Positions 43,701-59,912 of a stretch of DNA of 64,000 bases are shown here, piece after piece. The notes under the pieces were generated by a model. It made no database searches, had not been told where the DNA came from, and worked only from the letters and a program-made list of their open reading frames with translations. Positions within the stretch are counted from its first letter, which is position 1; each line of letters begins with the position of its first letter. Origin of the DNA: the human T2T-CHM13v2.0 reference genome, Homo sapiens. The DNA lies in NCBI RefSeq assembly GCF_009914755.1, contig NC_060934.1. One strand, 5' to 3'. A program made the translations under genes and the position numbers.

Positions 43701-46700
43701 AGCATCCAATGGAAACTAATGGAATCAACATCGAATGGAATCGAATGGAAACAATATCGAATTGAAAAGAATGGAATTATCATGAAATTGAAATGGATAG
43801 ACTCATCATCGAATGGATTCGAATGGAATCATCGAATGAAATTGATTGAAATCTTCATCAAATGGAATCAAATGGAATCATTGAATGGCATCGAATGGAA
43901 TCATCATCAGATGGAAATGAATGGAATCATCACAGAATGGAATCGAATGGATTCATTGAAGGGAATCAGATGGAATCATCGAATGGAGTTGAATGGAATC
44001 ATTGAATGGACTCGAATGGAATCATTATTGAATGGAATTGAATGGAATCATCGAATGGTCCCGAATGGAGACATTATGAAATGGAATCGAATGGAATCAC
44101 CGAATAGAATCGAATGGAACAATCATCGAATGGACTCAAATGGAATTATCCTCAAATGGAATCAAATGGAATTATCGAATGCAATCGAATGGAATTATCG
44201 AATGCAATCGAATAGAATCATCAAATGGACTCGAATGGAATCATCGAATGGAAAGGAATGGAATAGTCAAGAACTCGAAAGGAGTCACCATTGAATGGAA
44301 TCGCATGGAATCATCGAGTGGAATCGATTGTAATCATGATCAAATGTAATCGAATGGAATCATCATTGAATGGAATACAATGAAATCATCGAGTGGAATC
44401 GAATGGAATTATGATCAAATGGAATCGAATGTAATCATCATCAAATGGAATCAAAAATATCCATCATCAATTGGTATTGAATGGAATTGTCATCAAATGG
44501 AATTCAAAGGAATTATCATCAAATGGAACCGAATGGAATCCTCATTGAATGGAAATGAAAGGAGTCATCATCTAATGGAATCGCATGGAAACATCATCAC
44601 ATGGAATCGAATGGAATCATCATCGAATGGAATCTAATGGAATCATTGAACGGAATTGAATGGAATCGTCATCGAATGAATTGAATGCAATCATCGAATG
44701 GTGTCGAATGGAATCATCTTCAAATGGAAAGCAATGGAATCATCACATAGAATCGAATGGAATTGTCATTGAATGGACTCGAATGGAATCAACATCAAAC
44801 GGAATCAAACGGAATTATCGAATGGAATCGAAGAGAATCATCGAATGGCCACGAATGGAATCATCTAATGGAATGCAATGGAATAATCCACGGACCCGAA
44901 TGCAATCATCATTGAATAGAAACGAATGGAATCATCGAGTGGACTCGAATGGAATAATCATTGAATAGAATCGAATGGAATCATCGTCGAATGGAAACGA
45001 ATGGAATCATCATCGAATGGAAATGAAAGGAGTCATCATCTAATGGAATCGCATGGAATCATCATCAAATGGATTCGAATGGAATCATCATCGAATGGAA
45101 TCTAATTGAATCATTGAACGGAATTGAATGGAATCGTCATCGAATGAATTGAATGCAATCATCGAATGGTCTCGAATGGAATCATCTTCAAATGGAATGG
45201 AATGGAATCATCGCATAGAATCGAATGGAATTATCATCGAATGGACTAAAATGGAATCAACATCAAACGGAATTATCGAATGGAATCGAAGAGAATCAAC
45301 GAATGGCCTCGAATAGAATCATCAAATGGAATGGAATGGAATAATCCATTGACCCGAATGCAATCACCATCAAATAGAATCGAATGGAATCATCGAATGG
45401 AATCGAATGGAATAATCATTGAACGGAATCGAATGGAACCATCGTCGAATGGATACGAATGGAATCATCATCGAATGCAAATGAAAGGAGTCATCATCTA
45501 ATGGAATCGCATGGAAACAGCATCAAATGGAATCGAATGGAAGCATCATCGAATGGAATCTAATGGAATCATTGAACGGAATTGAATGGAATCGTCACCG
45601 AATGGATTGAATGCAATCATCGAATGGTCTCGAGTGGAATCATCTTCAAATGGAATGGAATGGAATCATCTCATAGAATCGAATGGAATTATCATTGAAT
45701 CGACTCAAATGGAATCAACATCAATCGGAATCCAACGGAATTACCGAATGGAATCGAAGAGAATCATCGAATGGACTCGAATGGAATCATCTAATGAAAT
45801 AGAATGGAATAATCCATGGACTCGAATGCAATCATCATCAAATGGAATCGAATGGAATCGTCGAATGGACTCGAATGGAATAAACATTGAACGGAATCGA
45901 ATGGAATCATCACCAGATAGAAACGAATAGAATCATCATCGAATGGAATCGAATGTGATCATCAAATGGAATCAGATGGAATCATCATCAAATGGAATCG
46001 AATAGAATTATGGAATGGAATCCAATGTGATCATCATCGAATGAACTCGAACGGAATCATCATCCAATGGAAACTAATGGAATCAACATCGAATGGAATC
46101 GAATGGAAACACCATCGAATTGAAACGAATGGAATTATCATGAAATTGAAATGGATGGACTCATCATCGAATGGATTCGAATGGAATCATCGAATGAAAT
46201 TGATTGAAATCATCATCATATGGAATCGAATGGAATCATTGAATGGAATCGAATGGAATCATCATCAGATGGAAATGAATGGAATCATCATAGAATGGAA
46301 TCGAATGGATTCATTGAATGGAATCAGATGGAATCATCGAATGGACTTGAATGGAATCATTGAATGGACTCGAATGGAATCTTTATTGAATGGAATTGAA
46401 TGTAATCATTGAATGGACTCGAATGGAATCATTATCAAATGGAATCGAATGGAATCACCGAATAGAATCGAATGGAACAATCATCGAATGGACTCAAATG
46501 GAATTATCCTCAAATGGAATCGAATGGAATTATCGAATGCAATCGAATGGAATTATCGAATGCAATCGAATAGAATCATCCAATGCACTCGACTGGAATC
46601 ATGGAATGGAATGGAATGGAATAGTCAATGAACTCGAATGGAATCATCATTGAATGGAATCGAATGGAATCATCGAGTGGAATCGAATGGAATTATGATC

Positions 46701-49700
46701 AAATGGAATCGAATGTAATAATCATCAAACGGAATCAAAAATATCCATCATCAATTGGTATTGAATGGAATTGTCATCAAATGTTATTCAAAGGAATTAT
46801 CATCAAATGGAACCGAATGAAATCCTCGTTGAATGGAAATGAAAGGAGTCATCATCTAATGGAATCGCATGGAATCATCATCACATGGAATGGAATGGAA
46901 TCATCATCGAATGGAATCTAATGGAATCATTGAACGGAATTGAATGGAATCGTCATCGAATGAATTGAATGCAATCATCGAATGGTCTCGAATGGAATCA
47001 TCTTCAAATGGAAAGGAATGGAATAATCGCATAGAATCGAATGGAATTGTCATTGAATGGACTCGAATGGAATCAACATCAAACGGAATCAAACGGAATT
47101 ATCGAATGGAATCGAAGAGAATCATCGAATGGCCACGAATGGAATCATCTAATGGAATGCAATGGAATAATCCACGGACCCGAATGTAATCGTCATTGAA
47201 TAGAAACTAATGGAATCATCGAATGGACTCGAATGGAATAATCATTGAATAGAATCGAATGGAATCATCGTCGAATGGAAACGAATGGAATCATCATCGA
47301 ATGGAAATGAAAGGAGTCATCATCTAATGGAATCGCATAGAATCATCATCAAATGGCATAGAATGGAATCATCATCGAATGGATTCTAATGGAATCATTG
47401 AACGGAATTGAATGGTATCGTCATCGAAAGAATTGAATGCAATCATCGAATGGTCTCGAATGGAATCATCTTCAAATGGAATGGAATGTAATAATCGCAT
47501 AGAATCGAATGGAATTATCATTGAATGGACTCAAACGGAATCAATATCAAACGGAATCAAACGGAATTATCAAATGGAATCGAAGAGAATCATCGAATGG
47601 ACTCGAATGGAATCATCTAATGAAATAGAATGGAATAATCCATGGACTCGCATGCAATCACCATGAAATGGAAGCGAATGGAATCGTCGAATGGAATCGA
47701 ATGGAATAAACATTGAACGGAATAGAATGGAGTAATCACCGGATGGAAACGAATGGAATAATCATCGAATGGAATAATAAGATGGAATCATCATCAAATG
47801 GAATCGAATAGAATTTTGGAATGAAATCCAATGTGATCATCATCGAATGGACTCGAACGGAATCGTCATCCAATGGAAACTAATGGAATCAACATCGACT
47901 GGAATCGAATGGAAACACCATCGAATTGAAACGAATCTAATTATCATGAAACTGAAATGGATGGACTCATCATCGAATGGATTCGAATGGAATCACCGAA
48001 TGAAATTGATAGAAATCATCATCAAATGGAATCGAATGGAATCATTGAATGGAATCGAATGGAATCATCATCAGATGGAAATGAATGGAATCATCACTGA
48101 ATGGAAATGAAAGGAGTCATCATCTAATGGAATCGCATGGAATCATCATCGAATGGAATCTAATTGAATCATTGAACGGAATTGAATGGAATCGTCATCG
48201 AATGAATTGAATGCAATCATCGAATGGTCTCGAATGGAATCATCTTCAAATGGAATGGAATGGAATCATCGCATAGAATCGAATGGAATTATCATCGAAG
48301 GGACTAAAATGGAATCAACATCAAACGGAATTATCGAATGGAATCGAAGAGAATCAACGAATGGCCTCGAATAGAATCATCAAATGGAATGGAATGCAAT
48401 AATCCATTGACCCGAATGCAATCACCATCAAATAGAATCGAATGGAATCATCGAATGGACTCGAAAGGAATAATCATTGAACGGAATAGAATGGAACCAT
48501 CGTCGAATGGATACGAATGGAATCATCATCGAATGCAAATGAAAGGAGTCATCATCTAATGGAATCGCATGGAATCAGCATCAAATGGAATCGAATGGAA
48601 TCATTGAATGGAATCGAATGGAGTCATCATCAGATGGAAATGAATGGAATCATCATAGAATGGAATCGAATGGATTCATTGAATGGAATCAGATGGAATC
48701 ATCGAATGGACTTGAATGGAATCATTGAATGGACTCGAATGGAATCATTATTGCATGGAATTGAATGGAATCATCGAATGGTCCCGAATGGAGTCATTAT
48801 CAAATGGAATCGAGCGGAATCACCGAATAGAATCGAATGGAACAAACATCGAATGGACTCAAATGTAATTATCCTCAAATGGAACCGAATGGAATTATCA
48901 AATGCAATCGAATGGAATTATCGAATGCAATCGAATAGAATCATCGAATGGACTCGAATGGAATCATCGAATGGAAGGGAATAGAATAGTCAATGAACTC
49001 GAATGGAATCATCATTGAATGGATTCGAATGGAATCATCGAGTGGAATCGAATGGAATCATGATCAAATGGAATCGAATGTAATCATCCTCAAATGGAAT
49101 CAAAAATAAACATCATCAATTGGTATTGAGTGGAATTGTCATCAAATGAAATTCAAAGGAATCATCAAATGGAACCGAATGGAATCCTCATTGAATGGAA
49201 ATGAAAGGAGTCATCATCTAATGGAATGGCATGGAATCATCATCAAATGGAATCTAATGAAATCCTTGAACTGAATTGAATGGAATCGTCATCGAATGAA
49301 TTGAATGCAATCATCGAATGGTTTGGAATGGAATCATCTTCAAATGGAAAGGAATGGAATCATCGCATAGAATCGAATGGAATTATCATCGAATGGCCAC
49401 GAATGGAATCATCTAATGGAATGGAATGGAATAATCCATGGACCCGAATGCAATCATCATCGAATAGAATCGAATGGAATCATCGAATGGACTCGAATGG
49501 AATAATCATTGAACGCAATCGAATGGAATCATCGAGTGCAATCGAATGGAATCATGATCAAATGGAATCGAATGTAATCATCATCAAATGGAATCCAAAA
49601 TCACCATCATCAATTGGTACTGAATGGAATTGTCATCAAATGGAATTCAAAGGAATCATCATCAAATGGAACCGAATGGAATCCTCATTGAATGGAAATG

Positions 49701-52700
49701 AAAGGAGTCATCATCTAATGGAATCGCATGGAATCATCATCAAATGGAATCGAATGGAATCATCATCAAATGGAATCGAATGGAATCATTGAACGGAATT
49801 GAATCGAATCGTCATCGAATGAATTGAATGCAATCATCGAATGGTCTCGAATGGAATCATCTTCAAATGGAAAGGAATGGAATCATCGCATAGAATCGAA
49901 TGGAATTATCATCGAATGGACTCGAATGGAATCAACATCAAACGGAATCAAACGGAATTATCGAATGGAATCGAAGAGAATCATCGAATGGACTCGAATG
50001 GAATCATCTAATGGAATGGAATGGAATAATCCATGGACCCGAATGCAATCATCATCGAATAGAATCGAATGCAATCATCGAATGGACTCGAATGGATTAA
50101 TCATTGAACCAAATCCAATGGAATCATCATCGAATGGAAACGAATGGAATCATCATCGAATGGAAATGGAAGGAGTCATCATCTAATGGAATCGCATGGA
50201 ATCATCATCAAATGGAATCAAATGGAATCATCATCGAATGGAATCTAATGGAATCATTGAACGGAATTGCATGGAATCGTCATCGAATGAATTGAATGCA
50301 ATCATCGAATGGTCTCGAATGGAATCATCTTCAAATGGAATGGAATGGAATCATCGCATAGAATCGAATGGAATTATCATCGAATGGACTCAAATGGAAT
50401 CAACATCAAACGGAATCAAACGGAATTATCGAATGGAATCGAAGAGAATCATCGAATGGACTCGAATGGAATCATCTAATGAAATAGAATGGAATAATCC
50501 ATGGACTCGAATGCAATCATCATCAAATGGAATCGAATGGAATCGTCGAATGGACTCGAGTGGAATAAACATTCAATGGAATCGAATGGAATCGTCACCG
50601 GATGGAAACGAATGGAATCATCATCGAATGGAATCGAATGGAATCATCAAATGGAATCAGATGGAATCATCATCAAATGGAATCGAATAGAATTATGGAA
50701 TGAAATCCAATGTGATCATCATCGAATGGACTCGAACGGAATCATCATCCAATGGAAACTAATGGAATCAACATCGAATGGAATCGAATGGAAACGCCAT
50801 CGAATTGAAACGAATGGAATTATAATGAAATTGAAATGGATGGACTCATCATGGAATGGATTCGAATGGAATCACCGTATGAAATTGATAGAAATAATCA
50901 TCAAATGGAATCGAATGGAATCATTGAATGACATCGAATGGAATCATCATCAGATGGAAATGAATAGAATCATCACTGAATGGAATTGAATGGATTCATT
51001 GAATGGAATCTGATGGAATCATCGAATGGACTTGAATGGAATGATTGAATGGACTCGAATGGAATCTTTATTGAATGGAATTGAATGGAATCATCGAATG
51101 GTCTCGAATGGAATCATTATCAAATGGAATCGAATGGAATCACCGAATAGAATCGAATGGAACAATCATCGAATGGACTCAAATGGAATTATCCTCAAAT
51201 GGAATCGAATGGATTTATCGAATGCAATCGACTGGAATTATCGAAAGCAATCGAATAGAATCATCGAATGGACTCGAATGGAATCATCGAATGGAATGGA
51301 ATGGAAGAGTCAATGAACTCGAATGGAATCATCATTGAATGGAATCGAATGGAATCATCGAGTGGAATCGAATGGAATCATGATCAAATGGAATCGAATG
51401 TAATCATCATCAAATGGAATCCAAAATCACCATCATCAATTGGTTCCTAATGGAATTGTCATCAAATGGAATTCAAAGGAATCATCATCAAATGGAACCG
51501 AATGGAATCCTCATTGAATGGAAATGAAAGGAGTCATCATCTAATGGAATCGCATGGAATCATCATCAAATGGAATTGAATGGAATCATCATCAAATGGA
51601 ATCGAATGGAATCATTGAACGAAATTGAATGGAATCGTCATCGAATGAATTGAATGCAATCATTGAATGGTCTCGAATGGAATCATCTTCAAATGGAAAG
51701 GAATGGAATCATCGCATAGAATCGAATGGAATTATCATTGAATGGACTCGAATGGAATCAACATCAAATGGAATCAAACGGAATTATCGAATGGAATCGA
51801 AGAGAATCATCGAATGGCCACGTATGGAATCATCTAATGGAATGGAATGGAATAATCCATGGACCCGAATGCAATCATCATCGAATAGAATCGAATGGAA
51901 TCATCGAATGGACTCGAATGGAATAATCATTGAACGCAATCGAATGGAATCATCGAGTGGAATCGAATGGAATCATGATCAAATGGAATCGAATGTAATC
52001 ATCATCAAATGGAATCCAAAATCACCATCATCAATTGGTACTGAATGGAATTGTCATCAAATGGAATTCAAAGGAATCATCATCAAATGGAACCGAATGA
52101 AATCCTCATCGAATGGAAATGAAAGGAGTCATCATCTAATGGAATCGCATGGAGTCATCATCAAATGGAATCGAATGGAATCATCATCGAATGGAATCGA
52201 ATGGAATCATTGAACGGAATTGAATGGAATCGTCATCGTATGAATTGAATGCAATCATCGAATGGTCTCGAATGGAATCATCTTCAAATGGAATGGAATG
52301 GAATCATCGCATAGAATCGAATGGAATTATCATCGAATGGACTCAAATGGAATCAACATCAATCGGAATCAAACGGAATTATCGAATGGAATCGAAGAGA
52401 ATCATCGAATGGACTCGAATGGAATCATCTAATGAAATAGAATGGAATAATCCATGGATTCGAATGCAATCATCATCAAATGGAATCGAATGGAATCGTC
52501 GAATGGACTCGAATGCAATAAACATTGAACGGAATCGAATGGAATCTTCACCGGATGGAAACGAATGGAATCATCATCGAATGGAATCGAATGGAATCAT
52601 CAAACGGAACCAGATGGAATCATCATCAAATGGAATCAAAAATAACCATCATCAATTGGTATTGAATGGAATTGTCATCAAAAGGAATTCAAAGGAATCA

Positions 52701-55700
52701 TCATCAAATGGAATCGAATGGAATCATCATCAAATGGAATCTAATGTTATCATTGAACGGAATTGAATGGAATCGGCATTGAATGAATTGAATGCAATCA
52801 TCAAATAGTCTCTAATGCAATCATCTTCAAATGGAAAGGAATGGAATCATCGCATAGAATCGAATGGAATTATCATTGAATGGACTAAAATGGAATCAAC
52901 ATCAAACGGAATCAAACGGAATTATCGAATGGAATTGAAGAGAATCATCGAATGGCCACGAATGGAATCATCTAATGGAATGGAATGGAATAATACATGG
53001 ACCCGAATGCAATCATCATCGAATAGAATCGAATGGAATCGTCTAATGGACTCGAATGCAATAATCATTGAACGGAATCGAATGGAATCATCGTCGAATG
53101 GAAACGAATGGAATCATCATCGAATGGAAATGAAAGGAGTCATCATCTAATGGAATCGCATGGAATCATCAGCAAATGGAATCGAATGGAATCATCATCG
53201 AATGGAATCTAATGGAATCATTGAACGGAATTGAATGGAATCGTCATCGAATGTATTGAATGCAATCATCGAGTGGTCTCGAATGGAATCATCTTCAAAT
53301 GGAATGGAATGGAATCATCGCATAGAATCGAATTGAATTATCATCGAATGGACTCGAATGTAATCATCTATTGAAATAGAATGGAATAAACCATGGACTC
53401 GAATGCAACCATCATCAAATGGAATCGAATGGAATCGTCGAATGGACTCGAATGGAATAAACATTGAACGGAATCGAATGGAATCATCACCGAATGGAAA
53501 TGAATTGAATCATCATCGAATGGAATGGAATGGAATCATCAAATGGAATCAGATGGAATCATCATCAAATGAAATCCAATAGAATTATGGAATGAAATCC
53601 AATGTGATCATCATCGAATGGACTCGAATAGAATCATCATCCAATGGAAACTAATAGAATCAACATCTAATGGACTCAAATGGAATTATCCTCAAATGGA
53701 TTCGAATGGAATTTTCGAATGCAATCGAATGGAATTATCGAATGCAATCGAATAGAATCATCGCATGGACTCGAATGCAATCATCGAATGGAATGTAATG
53801 GAATAACAATGAACTCGAATGGAATCATCATTGAATGGAATCGAATGGAATCACGATCAAATGGAATCAAATGTAATCACGGTCAAATGGAATCGAATGT
53901 AATCATCATCAAATGGAATCAAAAATAACCATCATCAATTGGTATTGCATGGAATTGTCATCAAATTGAATTCAAAGGAATCATCATCAAATGGAATCGA
54001 ATGGAATCATCATCAAATGGAATCTAATGGTATCATTGAACGGAATTGAATGGAATCGGCATTGAATGAATTGAATGCAATCATCGAATGGTCTCTAATG
54101 GAATCATCTTCAAATGGAAAGGAATGGAATCATCGCATAGAATCGAATGGAATTATCATTGAATGGACTAAAATGGAATCAACATCAAACGGAATCAAAC
54201 GGAATTATCGAATGGAATTGAAGAGAATCATCGAATGGCCACGAATGGAATCATCTAATGGAATGGAATGGAATAATCCATGGACCCGAATGCAATCATC
54301 ATCGAATAGAATCGAATGGAATCATCGAATGGACTCGAATGGAATAATCATTGAACGGAATCGAATGGAATCATTGTCGAATGGAAACGAAAGGAATCAC
54401 CATCGAATGGCAATGAAAGGAGTCATCATCTAATGGAATCGCATGGAGTCATCATCAAATGGAATCTAATGGAATAATCACCGAATGGAATCTAATGGAA
54501 TCATTGAACGGAATTGAATGGAATCGTCATCGAATGAATTGAATGCAATCATCGAATGGTCTCGAATGGAATCATCTTCAAATGGAATGGAATGGAATCA
54601 TCGCATAGAATCGAATGGAATTATCATCGAATGGACTCAAATGGAATCAACATCAATCGGAATCAAACGGAATTATCGAATGGAATCGAAGAGAATCATC
54701 GAATGGACTCGAATGGAATCATCTAATGAAATAGAATGGAATAATCCATAGACTCGAATGCAATCATCATCAAATGGAATCGAATGGAATCGTCGAATGG
54801 ACTCGAATGCAATAAACATTGAACGGAATCGAATGGAATCTTCACCGGATGGAAACGAATGGAATCATCATCGAATGGAAACGAATGGAATCATCAAACG
54901 GAATCAGATGGAATCATCATCAAATGGAATCGAATAGAATTATGGAATGAAATCCAATGTGATCATCATCGAATGGAATCGAACAGAATCATCATCCATT
55001 GGAAACTAATGGAACAAACATCGAATGGAATTGAATGGAAACACCGTCGAATTGAAACGAATGGAATTATCATGAAATTGAAATGGATGGACTCATCATC
55101 GAATGGATTCGAATGGAATCATCGAATGAAATTGAATGAAATCCTCATCAAATGGAATCGGTTGGAATCATTGAATGAAATCGAATGGAATCATCATCAG
55201 ATGGAAATGAATGGAATCATCATAGAATGGGATCGAATGGATTCATTGAATGGAATCAGATGGAATCATCGAATGGACTTGAATGGAATCATTGAATGGA
55301 CTCGAATGGAATCATTATTGCATGGAATTGAATGGAATCATCGAATGGTCTCGAATGGAATCATTATCAAATGGAATCGAATGGAATCACCGAATAGAAT
55401 CGAATGGAACAATCATCGAATGGACTCAAATGGAATTATCCTCAAATGGAACCGAATGGAATTATCGAATGCAATCGAATGGAATTATCGAATGCAATCG
55501 AATAGAATCATCGAATGGACTCGAATGGAATCATCGAATGGAAGGGAATGGAATAGTCAATGAACTCGAATGGAATCATCATTGAATGGAATCGAATGGA
55601 ATCATCGAGTGGAATGGAATGGATTCATGATCAAATGGAATCGAATGGAATCATGATTGAATGGAATCGAATGGAACCATCGAGTGGAATCGAATGGAAT

Positions 55701-58700
55701 CATGATCAAATGGAATCGAATGTAATCATCCTCAAATGGAATCAAAAATAACAATCATTAATTGGTATTGAATGGAATTGTCATCAAATGGAATTCAAAG
55801 GAATCATCAAAAGGAACCGAATGGAATCCTCATTGAATGGAAATGAAAGGAGTCATCATCTAATGGAATGGCATGGAATCATCATCAAATGGAATCGAAT
55901 GGAATCATCATCAAATGGAATCTAACGGAATCCTTGAACGGAATTGAATGGAATCGTCATCGAATGAATTGAATGCAATCATCGAATGGTTTGGAATGGA
56001 ATCATCATCAAATGGAAAGGAATGGAATCATCGCATAGAATCTAATGGAATTATCATTGAATGGACTCGAATGGAATCAACATCAAACAGAATCAAATGG
56101 AATTATCGAATGAAATCGAAGAGAATCATCGAATTGCCACGAATGGAATCATCTAATGGAATGGAATGGAAGAATCCATGACCCCAATGCAATCATCATC
56201 GAATAGAATCGAATGGAATCATCGAATGGACTCGAATGCAATAACCATTGAAAGGAATCAAATGGAATCATCGTCGAATGGAAATGAAAGGAGTCATCAT
56301 CTAATGGAATCGCATGGAATCATCATCAATTGGAATCGAATGGAATCATCATCGAATGGAATCTAATGGAATCATTGAACGGAATTGAATGGAATCGTCA
56401 TCGAATGTATTGAATGCAATCATCGAATGGTCTCGAATGGAATCATCTTCAAATGGAATGGAATGGAATCATCGCATAGAATCGAATGGAATTATCATGG
56501 AATGGACTCGAATGGAATCATCTTATGAAATAGAATGGAATAATCCATGGACTCGAATGCAATCATCATCAAATGGAATCGAATGGAATCATCGAATGGA
56601 CACGAATGGAATAAACATTGAACGGAATCGAATGGAATCATCACCGAATGGAAACGAATGGAATCATCATCGAATGGAATCGAATGGAATCATCAAATGG
56701 AATCAGATGGAATCATCATCAAATGGAATCGAATAGAATTATGGAATGAAATCCAATGTGATCATCATCGAATGGACTCGAACGGAACCATCATCCAATG
56801 GAAACTAATGGAATCAACAACGCATGGAATCGAATGGAAACGCCATCGAATTGAAACGAATGGAATTATCATGAAATTGAAATGGATGGACTCATCATCG
56901 AATGGATTCGCATGGAATCATCGAATGAAATTTATTGAAATCATCATCATATGGAATCGAAAGGAATCATTGAATGGAATCGAATGGAATCATCATCAGA
57001 TGGAAATGAATGGAATCATCAGAGAATGGAATCGAATGGATTCATTGAATGGAATCAGATGGAATCATCGAATGGACTTGAGTGGAATCATTGAATGGAC
57101 TCGAATGGAATCATTATTCAAAGGAATTGAATGGAATCATCGAATGGTCTCGAATGGAATCATTATCAAATGGAATCGAATGGAACCACCGAATAGAATC
57201 CAATGGAACAATCATCGAATGGACTCAAATGGAATTATCCTCAAAAGGAATCGAATGGAATTATCGAATGCAATCGAATGGAATTATCGAATGCAATCGA
57301 ATAGAATCATCGAATGGACTCGAATGGAATCGTCGAAAGGAATGGAATGGAATAGTCAATGAACTCGAATGGATCATCATTGAATGGAATCGAATGGAAT
57401 CATCGAGTGGAATCGAATGGAATCATGATCAAATGGAATCGAATGTAATCATCATCAAATGGAATCAAAAATAACCTTCATCAATTGGTATTGAATAGAA
57501 TTGTCATCAAATGGAATTCAAAGTAATCATCATCAAATGGAATCGAATGGAATCATCATCAAATGGAATCTAATGGTATCATTGAACGGAATTGAATGGA
57601 ATTGGCATTGAATGAATTGAATGCAATCATCGAATGGTCTCTAATGGAATCATCTTCAAATGGAAAGGAATGGAATCATCGCATAGAATCGAATGGAATT
57701 ATCATTGAATGGACTAAAATGGAATCAACATCAAACGGAATCAAACGGAATTATCGAATGGAATCAAAGAGAATCATCGAATGGCCACGAATGGAATCAT
57801 CTAATGGAATGGAATGGAATAATCCATGGACCCGAGTGCAATCATTCTCGAATAGAATCGAATGGAATAATCGAATGGACTCGAATGGAATAATCATTGA
57901 AAGGAATCAAATGAAATCATCGTCGAATGGAAACGAATGGAATCATCATCGAATTTAAATGAAAGGAGTCATCATCTAATGGAATGGCATGGAATCATCA
58001 TCAAATGGAATCGAATGGAATCATCATCGAATGGAATCTAATGGAATCATTGAACGGAATTGAATGGAATCATCATTGAATGAATTGAATGCAATCATGG
58101 AATGGTCTCGAATGGAAACATCTTCAAATGGAATGGAATGGAATCATCGCATAGAATCGAATGGAATTATCATCGAATGGACTCAAATGGAATCAACATC
58201 AAACGGAATCAAACGGAATTATCGAATGGAATCGAAGAGAATCATCGAATGACCACGAATGGAATCATCTAATGGAATGGAATGGAATAATCCATGGACC
58301 CGAATGCAATCGTCTTCGAATAGAATCGAATGGAATCATCGAATGGACTCGAATGGAATGATCATTGAACGGAATCGAATGGAATCATCGTCGAATGGAA
58401 ATGAAAGGAGTCATCATCTAATGGAATCGCATGGAATCATCATCAAATGGAATCGAATGGAATCATCATCGAATGGAATCTAATGGAATCATTGAACGGA
58501 ATTGAATGGAATCGTCATCGAATGTATTGAATGCAATCATCGAATGGTCTCGAGTGGAATCATCTTCAAATGGAATGGAATGGAATCATCGCATAGAATC
58601 GAATGGAATTATCATCGAATGGACTCAAATGGAATCAACATCAATCGGAATCCAATGGAATTATCGAATGGAATCGAAGAGAATCATCGAATGGACTCGA

Positions 58701-59912
58701 ATGGAATCATCTAATGAAATAGAATGGAAGAATCCATGGACTCGAATGCAATCATCATCAAATGGAATCGAATGGAATCGTCGAATGGACTCGAATGCAA
58801 TAAACATAGAACGGAATTGAATGGAATCATCATCGGAGGTAAACGAATGCAATTATCATGGAATGGAATCGAATGGTATCATCAAATGGAATCAGATCGA
58901 ATCATCATCAAATGGAATCGAATAGAATTATGCAATGAAATCCAATGTGATCATCATCGAATGGACTCGAACGGAATCATCATTCAATGGAAACTAATGG
59001 AATCAACATCGAATGGAATCGAATGGAAACACCATCGAATTGAAACGAATGGAATTATCATGAAATTGAAATGGATGGACTCATCATGGAATGGATTCGA
59101 ATGGAATCAGCGAATGAAATTCATTGAAATCATCATCAAATGTAATCGAATGGAATCATTGAATGGAATCGAATGGAATCCACATCAGATGGAAATGAAT
59201 GGAATCATCAGAGAATGGAATCGAATGGATTCATTGAATGGAATCAGATGGAATCATCGAATGGACTTGAATGGAATCATTGAAAGGACTCAAATGGAAT
59301 CATTATTGAATGGAATTGAATGGAATCATCGAATGGTCTCCAATGGAATCATTATCAATGGAATCGAATGGAATCACCGAATAGAATAGAATTGAACAAT
59401 CATTGAATGGTCTCAAATGGAATTATCCTCAAATGGAATCGAATGGAATTATCGAATGCAATCGAATGGAATTATCGAATGCAATTGAATAGAATCAATG
59501 AATGGACTCGAATGGAATCATCGAATGGAATGGAATGGAATAGTGAATGAACTTGAATGGAATCATCATTGAATGGAATCGAATGGAATCATCGAGTGGA
59601 ATCGAATTGTATCATGATCAAATGGAATCGAATGTAATCATCATCAAATGGAATCAAAAATAACCATCATCAATTGGTATTGTATGGAATTGTCATCAAA
59701 TGGAATTCAAAGGAATCATCAAATGGAAAAGAATGGAATCATCATCGAATGGAAGTGAAAGGAGTCATCATCTAATGGAATCGCATGGAATCATCATCAA
59801 ATGGAATCGCACGGAATCATCATCAAATGGAATCTAATGGAATCATCATCGAATGGAATCTAATGGAATCATTGAACAGAATTGAGTGGAATGTTCATCG
59901 AATGAATTGAAT
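29957..59912 (+). repeat. 29,956-bp higher-order macro-repeat, copy 2
   Basis: Same constant offset throughout. Rare variants recur, e.g. gaagacaatc (612/30568), aataataagatgg (~17817/47773), ggttcctaa (~21486/51442). Confidence 0.97.
31567..44789 (+). repeat. Same 4.4-kb triplication in macro-repeat copy 2
   Basis: Junctions at 35975 and 40382; landmarks 31655/36063/40470. Confidence 0.95.
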
